Of a stretch of 59,075 nucleotides of DNA, positions 11,201 through 18,772 are shown in pieces. The stretch's first letter is position 1. Every line of letters starts with the position of its first letter. The stretch is from an uncultured Bacteroides sp. (GTDB lineage: Bacteria; Bacteroidota; Bacteroidia; Bacteroidales; Bacteroidaceae): contig CAMTFK010000001.1 in the NCBI GenBank assembly GCA_947071285.1, positions 1 to 59,075 on the forward strand, written 5' to 3'. A program made the position numbers and the translations under genes. The notes under the pieces were generated by a model. That model did no database searches. It worked only from the letters and a program-made list of their open reading frames with translations, and was not told where the DNA came from.

Positions 11201-11654
11201 CGATAACAGGTTCTTGAGCCTCATCTGTCACCCTACCGGTTATTCTGCGAACACTATTCGATGTCTGCTCTCTATCTATATTCATTGGTTTATAAATAGT
11301 GATGCGCTTGCCTTCGACTTTATGCTTGATGTTTTTTCCAGAAAACAGCATGTCCAAGACCTGTTCTATAGTTTTATTCTTTGCATCTATAGAAACTTTC
11401 TCATTCGTATTAACGTCATTGTTCCTCACCAGGAAAGAATATCCTGACTGCTTTTCAATATCCCGAAAGATTTGAGTTAAAGTCACATTTTTCCGTTGTA
11501 CAGTAATACGGATGTCTTGAAAAGGGATTGCATTGGCTGTAAATGTTGCCATTATGGAAAATAAAACAAGCATAGTAAACAGCCGTACGGGTATAAAAAG
11601 TCGCTTGGAGTGATAAATTAAGCTAATCACTCCTTGAATATGATTTTTTTTCAT
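8217..11654 (-). CDS. susC: SusC-like TonB-dependent transporter with N-terminal STN signalling extension
   Basis: [46 protein letters not shown], C-terminal F. The STN domain (IEKQSGYSF) fits the adjacent sigma/anti-sigma pair. Confidence 0.97.
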   Translation of the reverse strand: [1145 protein letters not shown]

Positions 11655-11661
11655 ACATTTG
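11654..11661 (+). promoter_or_regulatory. Bacteroides -7 element (TACATTTG) antisense to and overlapping the susC start codon
   Basis: Exact TAnnTTTG match on the + strand, with a terminator about 40 nt downstream. Confidence 0.65.
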
Positions 11662-11665
11662 TATC

Positions 11666-11745
11666 GTTAAAAAAATTATGCAAATAGTTTTTAGATTCAC
11701 GAATCGGAGAGCATGGGGTCAATATGTTTCTCCGATTCTTTTTTT
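11666..11745 (+). ncRNA. Candidate cis-antisense PUL sRNA (DonS-like), about 80 nt
   Basis: -7 promoter at the susC ATG plus hairpin GAATCGGAGA/TCTCCGATTC and a T7 tract. This layout is described for Bacteroides ECF-sigma PUL sRNAs. The 5' end is approximate. Confidence 0.6.
11701..11745 (+). terminator. Intrinsic terminator of the candidate antisense sRNA
   Basis: Perfect 10-bp stem followed by TTTTTTT on the + strand, opposite to the PUL genes. Confidence 0.7.
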
Positions 11746-11787
11746 AGGTGGTGTTTTTCATCTCATTCATTTTTAAGGGTTAAACAT

Positions 11788-12813
11788 TCATTTATCAGTT
11801 ATTGTGATCACATTGTCTTTTCTCGTCCATACATATTTGTTGTCCACATCCAGATAATCTAACATTTCCTCTAGAGACAGCTTAGAATTAATGCTTCCTG
11901 AGAAGATTTCTGTTTTCATCTGTTCAGATTCAACAACAATCCGTACATTATAATGTCGTTCCAGTTCTTTCATTATATCAGCCAAAGAAGTATTTACGAA
12001 GCTCAAGCGTCCAGTAATCCACAGAGCCGCCACTTCCGCATCTGTATCCTCCGAAACCAGGGATCTGGATTTTTTGTCATAAACAGCCCGCTGATTGGGA
12101 TTCAAGACTACATTGCCTATCGTTTCGGATTGGGAGAATACATTTACCCGTCCTTTGACGAGGGCTATTTCCACATTCGATTCATTCGTATAAGCCCGCA
12201 CATTGAAAACAGTTCCCAACACCTTTACATTCAAATCTCCGGTATGTACAATAAACGGTTTATGTTGATTCTTCTGCACCTCAAAATATCCTTCACCGGT
12301 CAAGTAAACATCTCGATTCTTATTCTTCATAAAAGAGGGATCATACTTCAGAACAGAGCCAGAGTTCAGATAGACTACTGAACCATCAGGCAACACGACC
12401 TTTGTTTGTGAGCCCAACGGCACCTCCATTTGACACAACACAACATCCTGGGAAATTCTCCACACATCATCCCACACATAATAGCATGCAATGGAAGAAG
12501 TTATCAGCAGAGCAATGAATGCCGCTATGCGACGTATAGACTTCCAAGTAATACGATGTGGTGATGAATGCCGCGAAGACGTGCTTTTCTTCAAATTAAT
12601 CCTACGCAGTAGTTTCTCATAGTTATCAGCCTCTTCTGCAGCAAATCGTGGTATTAATAGTTTCGCATGAATTGCAGACAAGTCTTTAAACCTGTTCCTA
12701 TAATGAATATCTGATTTCAAAAGAGTATGGAATTTCTGCATATCTTCTCCTGAAAGACTACCAGCCATGTAATCCATCATCCATTTATCAAATTCTTCAT
12801 TATTTTCCTTCAT
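11788..12813 (-). CDS. FecR-family anti-sigma factor
   Basis: One TM helix; LPDGSVVYLNSGS, GEGYFEV, VKVLGTVFNV; C-terminal LERHYNVRI. Confidence 0.95.
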   Translation of the reverse strand: MKENNEEFDKWMMDYMAGSLSGEDMQKFHTLLKSDIHYRNRFKDLSAIHAKLLIPRFAAEEADNYEKLLRRINLKKSTSSRHSSPHRITWKSIRRIAAFIALLITSSIACYYVWDDVWRISQDVVLCQMEVPLGSQTKVVLPDGSVVYLNSGSVLKYDPSFMKNKNRDVYLTGEGYFEVQKNQHKPFIVHTGDLNVKVLGTVFNVRAYTNESNVEIALVKGRVNVFSQSETIGNVVLNPNQRAVYDKKSRSLVSEDTDAEVAALWITGRLSFVNTSLADIMKELERHYNVRIVVESEQMKTEIFSGSINSKLSLEEMLDYLDVDNKYVWTRKDNVITITDK

Positions 12814-12974
12814 GAACTTATGCTTTTAATATTCTCTTTATATAGAATACACACCTCATGCAGAAAACATTTATCCGAAGAGCATTTTTTTTCGTATTAT
12901 TTTAGAAAATGTATTTTTCAAAAGCACAACCCACTACAAGCCAACAAGATAAAATATACAGAGCAAGTAGATAA

Positions 12975-13586
12975 TTATTGCTCGATAAAAGATAAGAATA
13001 AAATAAAGACAGCCGGCCCAAAATGATTCTTCAATTTATCAAAGGCATTCTTTATCTGCACACGGACTGTATTCACCGACAAGCCACACTCATCAGCAAT
13101 TTCCTGGGGGGAAAGATTCTTATAAAGGTATTTTTCAAATATAACCCGACACTTTTCCGGCAGTGTCTGTATAGCTGCGTGAACTTGCTTCTTTATATCT
13201 TCGACTTCCAACACTTGCAAAGGTGTTTCTCCACTCCGGCAATATTCTTCTTGAAACAGCAATAAATCTGCTCTGAATTCATCCAGAACCCGTTCGCGCG
13301 ATCGTAATGAACGAATATAATTCAGGCAACCATTTTGCACGCACCGCAACAGATAAGAATGAATAGGGAATTCCAGACTGCCATGTTTATTCCATATATG
13401 AACGAAAACATCATTCACAATTTCCTTGGCAGCATCTGCATCAAAGATATATCCTGCCGCACAAGTACAGAGATAAGTAAAATAGCTATTATATAAAGCA
13501 GCAAATGCCCTCTCATCTCCTCGATTGATATTATCAATAACCGTTCTATCTATAATTATTGCTGCTGTCGTCTTGTGTGAATTCAT
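12975..13586 (-). CDS. ECF sigma-70 factor (Bacteroides expansion type)
   Basis: GDERAFAALY, AKEIVNDVFVHIW, LPEKCRVIF, EIADECGLSVNTVRVQIKNA. Confidence 0.95.
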   Translation of the reverse strand: MNSHKTTAAIIIDRTVIDNINRGDERAFAALYNSYFTYLCTCAAGYIFDADAAKEIVNDVFVHIWNKHGSLEFPIHSYLLRCVQNGCLNYIRSLRSRERVLDEFRADLLLFQEEYCRSGETPLQVLEVEDIKKQVHAAIQTLPEKCRVIFEKYLYKNLSPQEIADECGLSVNTVRVQIKNAFDKLKNHFGPAVFILFLSFIEQ

Positions 13587-13633
13587 TTGATTGATTTCAA
13601 CGTCAATTTATTGTTTTCATAATATTCAAGAGG

Positions 13634-13641
13634 CAAATATA
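13634..13641 (-). promoter_or_regulatory. -7 promoter element (TATATTTG) for the ECF sigma gene
   Basis: TAnnTTTG consensus about 50 nt upstream of the ATG. Confidence 0.55.
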
Positions 13642-13745
13642 ACTAATATTATTAATCTTGAAACAAGACTGGCATAAAAACAGCAAAGTGAATATTTATA
13701 TCTTTTATAGTAAAAACAGGATGCTTTAGCCTTCTATATATACAA

Positions 13746-13790
13746 ATCAAGTGCGAACTTCATGATTAAATCATGCAATTCGCACTTGAT
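13746..13790. terminator. Inverted repeat downstream of oadB (terminator or REP-like)
   Basis: Perfect 12-bp arms ATCAAGTGCGAA / TTCGCACTTGAT, with an inner CATGATT/AATCATG pair. Confidence 0.55.
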
Positions 13791-13808
13791 AATTATAGAT
13801 ATAGAGTC

Positions 13809-15044
13809 CTATCCCAGGAACGAAATCAGCACACCCGCCGCAACAGCCGAACCGATTACACCGGAGATATTACTGGACATACAGTAATTCAGCACATGAT
13901 TCTTCGGATCATACTTCGTAGCAATCTCGTTACATACACGGCTTGCCATCGGCACAGCACTCAGACCTGTTGCACCAATCAGCGGATTAATCTTCTTCTT
14001 GCTGAACATATTGAACAGCTTCACAAAGAAGATACCGCCCGAAATAGAAAGTGCAAATGCAAGGAAGCCACCCACAACGATACCGATAGTTGTCCAGTTC
14101 AGGAATGCTTCACTCGTCATGGTAGCACCTACACTCAGCCCCAGGAAGATGGTTGCCGCATTCATGATACTATTGGCAGCCGCATCAAACAAACGGCTTG
14201 TATCAGAACCGATTTCTTTAATCAGGTTACCGAACATCAACATACCAATCAAAGGCACTGCCGTCGGCACAAAAAGGGCGACAACCGTAGTCACTGCTAT
14301 CGGGAAGATGATTTTCAGTACACGCAGGTTCTTTATTTCAGTTTTCGAGGGGTAGAGTTTTTCCTGTTCCTTCATGTTAATCATCAGTTCCTTCTTAGAA
14401 CAGAGCAACTTCACTACCAGCGGAATAATCACCGGCACCAATGCCATATAAGAGTATGCAGCAATGGCAATCGGACCCAACAGATGCGGAGCCAGCTTAA
14501 TAGTCGTGAAGATAGCCGTCGGACCATCAGCACCACCGATAATGCCCAGTGCACCTGCCTCCTGTGGAGTGAAACCTATCATAACAGCACATAGCAGCAC
14601 AGTGAAGATACCCAACTGTGCAGCAGCACCAAATATAGAGAGACGCAGGTTGCGAAGCATCGGGCCAAAGTCCGTCATAGCACCCACACCCATAAAGATG
14701 ATAGGCGGCAGGAAACCTGTCTTAATCAACATATAGTAGATGAAGTTCATCAGTCCCAGGTCGTGCGCAATCTCATGCAGCGGCATTTCCCAGATGTTCT
14801 TCGCTATTCCGTTCACCATCACCATTCCATTCTGGTCCGCCTGGATAACCCCCATATCGCCGCCAGGAAAGTTGGCAATGAGCACACCAAAGGCAATGGG
14901 CACCAGCAGCAACGGTTCGTAGTGCTTCTTGATACCCAGATACAGCAGAACGAAAGCAATGGCATACATCACCAGAAACGACGGGTCTTCAATGATATTG
15001 CTGAACGCCGTCATATCGTAGAGTCTTGCAAATATTTCTTCCAT
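13809..15044 (-). CDS. oadB: Na+-translocating decarboxylase beta subunit
   Basis: EPLLLVPIAFG, GAAAQLGIF, IIGGADGPTAIF, IAAYSYMALVP, SAVPMASRV. Confidence 0.95.
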   Translation of the reverse strand: MEEIFARLYDMTAFSNIIEDPSFLVMYAIAFVLLYLGIKKHYEPLLLVPIAFGVLIANFPGGDMGVIQADQNGMVMVNGIAKNIWEMPLHEIAHDLGLMNFIYYMLIKTGFLPPIIFMGVGAMTDFGPMLRNLRLSIFGAAAQLGIFTVLLCAVMIGFTPQEAGALGIIGGADGPTAIFTTIKLAPHLLGPIAIAAYSYMALVPVIIPLVVKLLCSKKELMINMKEQEKLYPSKTEIKNLRVLKIIFPIAVTTVVALFVPTAVPLIGMLMFGNLIKEIGSDTSRLFDAAANSIMNAATIFLGLSVGATMTSEAFLNWTTIGIVVGGFLAFALSISGGIFFVKLFNMFSKKKINPLIGATGLSAVPMASRVCNEIATKYDPKNHVLNYCMSSNISGVIGSAVAAGVLISFLG

Positions 15045-15050
15045 CGCTGT

Positions 15051-16886
15051 TTATCCTATCTTCATTAATACATCATCTTCTGATACAGAGTCACCCGAAG
15101 TAACACAGATAGCTGTCACCGTTCCGTCAAAGTCGGCACGGATGGCATTGTAGGTCTTCATGGCTTCAATGTAGCAAAGCAGGTCACCTTTCTTCACCTT
15201 GTCGCCCACCTTCACCGGAGTTTCCTGGGCATTCTTCGTGAGGAAGAACTTGCCTTCCAGAGGAGCCGGAACGTCTTGTCCTTCACCTACGGGAGCTTCC
15301 ACTTTGGCCGTGGCATCTGCGGGCAGGTCGATATCACCGTAAGCCACTGTCACGCGGTAAGCCTGTCCGTCCACCTGTACGGTGAGGGTTTTCGGTTTGG
15401 CATCATCCAGCGGGGATTTGTTAAGTTCCGCTTTCCGCTTCTCAACGTCTGCCAGGAAGTCTTCTTTCGCCTTACCGCTCTTATAAGCCTCGTATTGTGC
15501 CGGGTGCATGGCGTATTCGAAGAGTTCTTCGTCGTCCTCGCCCAAGTCCCATTTGTTCTCTTTCATCATCTTGCGATACTTGTCGAGCGCATCCGGATAG
15601 TTATCCTGCGGATTGCCTGTGAAGAACTTACGGCCTTCGCGTTCGGCTTTCTCTATAAGTTCGGGAGCCAGCGTGCCCGGCAACTTACCTGCCTTGCCCA
15701 ACAGCATATCCCAGATGTCATCGGCAATCATACCCCAGCGTTCCTTGCCTTTTTCCATGGCAATCACGTTCATCATTGCCAGGTTCTTGACGTACTGGCT
15801 GAACGGAGTAACCAACGGGGGATAACCCACGCGCGGCCATACGTAAGCCACTTCATTGAACAGTTTGATGAGCAACTGATCCTGCGTCATGAATGGCAGG
15901 TTGCGTTTTGCCTTATATTTATTGATAGACTCCAGATTGGACTCCAGGTCGGCCATAAGGCTACCCATCATACCGCCCGGAAGTCCCGGACCGATCAGCA
16001 GGGAGTTCATCAAGCGGTTCTTCGGGCTGATGTACAGACCGAGGAAGTCATCCATAAATTCCTGGATGAGGGCGCGCACCTTCATATACGCTTCCATATT
16101 CACCTCCGGCACTTGGAAGCCTGCGTCTTTCAGCATTGCCTGCACACTCAGCAAGTCGGCGTGTCCCGTACCCCAGGAAAGCGGTTCCATGCCTACGTCG
16201 ATGTAGTCGCAACCAGCCTCACATACTTCGAGAATACTTGCCATATTGAAGCCCGGACCTGCATGGCTATGATACTGGATAGGGATTTCGGGATGTGCAG
16301 CCTTGATATTAGCCACAATCTTGCCCAGCGATACCGGACGTCCGATACCTGCCATATCTTTGATACAGATTTCGTCGGCGCCTGCCTTGATGAGCTCTAA
16401 CGCCATATTGGTGTAATATTCTACCGTATGGATGGGCGAATGGGTGATACAGAGCGAACACTGGGAAATCATTCCGGCTTCTTTAGCGTAAGCGATGGAA
16501 GGAATAATGTTACGGGTATCGTTCAGTCCGCAAAATGTACGGGTGATGTCCGTTCCCTGCACTTTCTTTACTTTATAAAACAGCTTACGCACATCGGCAG
16601 GCACGGGGCTCATGCGCAGGCCGTTCAGTGCACGGTCCAGCATGTGAGTTTGTATGCCGGCTTCGTGGAACGGCTTCGTCCACGCACGTACAGCCTTATT
16701 AGGATTCTCACCAAACAATAAATTTACCTGTTCAAAACCTCCGCCGTTCGTTTCTACGCGGGCAAAACAGCCCATCTCAACAATAGCGGGAGCAACCTTC
16801 ACCAGCTGGTCTACGCGGGGCACATATTTTCCGGCACTCTGCCACATGTCCCTGAATACCAGGCTGAACTTAATTTCTTTTTTCAT
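15051..16886 (-). CDS. oadA: Oxaloacetate decarboxylase alpha / pyruvate carboxylase B-like carboxyltransferase with biotinyl domain
   Basis: FRDMWQS, CIKDMAG, HSH, PGGMMG, GYPPLVTPFSQ; C-terminal EAMK biotin site. Confidence 0.9.
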   Translation of the reverse strand: MKKEIKFSLVFRDMWQSAGKYVPRVDQLVKVAPAIVEMGCFARVETNGGGFEQVNLLFGENPNKAVRAWTKPFHEAGIQTHMLDRALNGLRMSPVPADVRKLFYKVKKVQGTDITRTFCGLNDTRNIIPSIAYAKEAGMISQCSLCITHSPIHTVEYYTNMALELIKAGADEICIKDMAGIGRPVSLGKIVANIKAAHPEIPIQYHSHAGPGFNMASILEVCEAGCDYIDVGMEPLSWGTGHADLLSVQAMLKDAGFQVPEVNMEAYMKVRALIQEFMDDFLGLYISPKNRLMNSLLIGPGLPGGMMGSLMADLESNLESINKYKAKRNLPFMTQDQLLIKLFNEVAYVWPRVGYPPLVTPFSQYVKNLAMMNVIAMEKGKERWGMIADDIWDMLLGKAGKLPGTLAPELIEKAEREGRKFFTGNPQDNYPDALDKYRKMMKENKWDLGEDDEELFEYAMHPAQYEAYKSGKAKEDFLADVEKRKAELNKSPLDDAKPKTLTVQVDGQAYRVTVAYGDIDLPADATAKVEAPVGEGQDVPAPLEGKFFLTKNAQETPVKVGDKVKKGDLLCYIEAMKTYNAIRADFDGTVTAICVTSGDSVSEDDVLMKIG

Positions 16887-16924
16887 ACTAAATAAATAGA
16901 TGTGTGTTTTTTATTAAAAGATTA

Positions 16925-17185
16925 TCATTTTATTTTCTCGACTTTAGCCACTTTACCCTTGCCTTGTGTCACCACCGTTACAGCGGCACTGATAGCAGCC
17001 AATATATTTCCGGGAATCGCTGCGGGACCTTGCGCACCTTTCTTATCCGGCACCACCTCTTCGGGGGCATACTTGTTAACCAGAAGGATAAGTCCTTTAC
17101 CTAAGTAGATTACAATCAGCAGGATACAGAACACTGTTACCATACCTACCACCATCAGCATAAGCGCTGTATTGATATTTTCCAT
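16925..17185 (-). CDS. oadG: OadG-family gamma subunit
   Basis: N-terminal TM (VGMVTVFCIL) and C-terminal AAISAAV. First gene of the decarboxylase operon. Confidence 0.9.
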   Translation of the reverse strand: MENINTALMLMVVGMVTVFCILLIVIYLGKGLILLVNKYAPEEVVPDKKGAQGPAAIPGNILAAISAAVTVVTQGKGKVAKVEKIK

Positions 17186-17291
17186 ATTATAAATTATTAG
17201 TTATTCGGCCTGTTTTACGAAAAATCGTCCGAAATTAGCGAATATTTATAGAAGAAAGGCAGAAAAAAATGATAAAATATGCTAAAACAAA

Positions 17292-17327
17292 AGTTCCCGT
17301 ACTGCCGGAAGGGGCTGTACGGGAACT
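17292..17327 (-). terminator. Intrinsic terminator after the HU-like gene
   Basis: 11-bp stem AGTTCCCGTAC/GTACGGGAACT followed by a T-rich tail on the minus strand. Confidence 0.7.
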
Positions 17328-17380
17328 GATTATCACAAGTCGGATGCTCCAAAACGGAGGTTAACGAAGCACGGGGAAGG

Positions 17381-17863
17381 TTATCCTAACGGATCTTCTT
17401 CTAAGCCACCTTCACCGGAGCCACCGCCAGGATTGCCGGAACCGCTGTTTCCAGTGTTAGTAGAGGCTTTTCCCCATTCTTCCCAACAGATATTATTGTC
17501 TATCATGCTGCGGGTAGTGACTTTATTATTCACGTCTCGCTCCACCTCAGGAATGAAACGAACACGTACTCCGTTAATCTGTTTAGCACTTACTTCCTTA
17601 GCAGTCTGCACACCTTGTTTGTTAGCTGCTGCTGTATAATAGAAAGTACCCACACCATCTATCTTCACGGTACGCCCTTGCGCCATATAACCCGCAAGCA
17701 CCACACCCAGATTCTTGATGATAGCGTACGCATCACCGCGGGTCACGGTAGAAAGCAATGCCAATTGGTCTGCCACCTGATTGCTTGTGATGGGTTTGCC
17801 CCAGGTTATGGATTTAGGATACCACAAACCGTTGATTTTCTGTTGATTTTTCTTATAAAACAT
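17381..17863 (-). CDS. Bacteroides HU-related histone-like DNA-binding protein
   Basis: STVTRGD, GRTVKIDGVGTF, VRVRFIPE; Gly-rich tail ending EEDPLG. Confidence 0.88.
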   Translation of the reverse strand: MFYKKNQQKINGLWYPKSITWGKPITSNQVADQLALLSTVTRGDAYAIIKNLGVVLAGYMAQGRTVKIDGVGTFYYTAAANKQGVQTAKEVSAKQINGVRVRFIPEVERDVNNKVTTRSMIDNNICWEEWGKASTNTGNSGSGNPGGGSGEGGLEEDPLG

Positions 17864-18307
17864 AATTAATAAGGTATTAAATGATTAATGAATAAACTGT
17901 TTCTCCTTTGAGATAATAAAAAAGAATTTCATCGCGAGGCCTCAACGATTCAACTTTTCGTTTTTCTCAGATTCGATGTTGCAAAGTTATGGAGAGAAAC
18001 AAGGAAAAGCAAGAAAACGGTATCTACAACCATTTTAAGCAAAACACTAATAATCAACACACTACAAAACAATCACATCTACAGGACAGAAAAGATGGCG
18101 AAAGTGAAGAAATTAAGGATTATCTGTACATCTCTACAAGCATAGAGTGTAAACCATTGATAATGAACATAGGCTTACCTGAATATCTCTACCAACGGCA
18201 GATACATGTAAAGTTTTATCACAATCCATCTTAAAGCACAAAAAATAGCTTTTTTCAAAATTTACAGCAAAAAAACGTCCTCAGGAGTACTTCTGAATGG
18301 GTATAAC

Positions 18308-18399
18308 CAAAGATAACGACTTTGATAGTCTCAAGTAACGACTGAGGGTACCTCAAGTAACGACCGAGGTGGCCTCACATAACGACTGAGGGTACCTCA
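18308..18399. repeat. 22-bp-period palindromic tandem array (about 4 units)
   Basis: TAACGAC at 18314, 18336, 18358 and 18380. Units are CTCA-N9-TGAG, with CAAA-N9-TTTG in the first and CGAG in the third. Confidence 0.9.
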
Positions 18400-18483
18400 C
18401 TAAAGCTAAGAGATTCTGAGGTGTCTTTCTGTTGAGATAATCTACCTTAAAAGGGAATCACTATCACCGTAAAACATCAGGTA

Positions 18484-18564
18484 TCAGAACCTCCCAATAA
18501 CTGCATCCACCGTCTCCCCCAGTAGAAAAATCAAGAGAAAGAATGCATGCATAGGTTTCATCAT
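18484..18564 (-). pseudogene. Internally deleted, in-frame 26-aa remnant of a paralog of the 20572-21555 gene
   Basis: Reads MMKPMHAFFLLIFLL-GETVDAVIGRF*, against MMKPMHFLFSLFFLL...GETVDAVIGRC* for the full gene. 18483-18520 matches 20571-20608 at 36 of 38 nt. Confidence 0.85.
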
Positions 18565-18772
18565 CAATCAATATGTTTACTTAATCTGGAACACACAGAT
18601 TAAGTATCCTCTCTATAATAAAGACACAAAACAGGAAGAAGCCGACTAACTGTCGTCAACTTTCCTCCCCTTTCTTTTGTTCTTTCAACAAGAATGAACT
18701 ACTTTTGTGACACCCGCGAGTCAACTATATTGTTTACTTTCGCAGGCGTGAACTAATAAAACAGAATGGGTT

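Noticed and set aside
15276-16400. 374-aa + strand ORF, and similar long antisense ORFs at 13773-14594, 27232-28098, 44707-45675, 47181-48347 and 57524-58366
   Set aside because: These are shadow frames opposite well-conserved genes and carry no recognisable motifs.
17989-18234. 81-aa ORF between the HU-like gene and the array
   Set aside because: Low-complexity AT-rich translation with no motifs; better explained as non-coding.
18308-18399. Possible CRISPR array
   Set aside because: The period is only 22 bp, there are no unique spacers and no cas genes. The same applies to the arrays at 42 kb and 57 kb.
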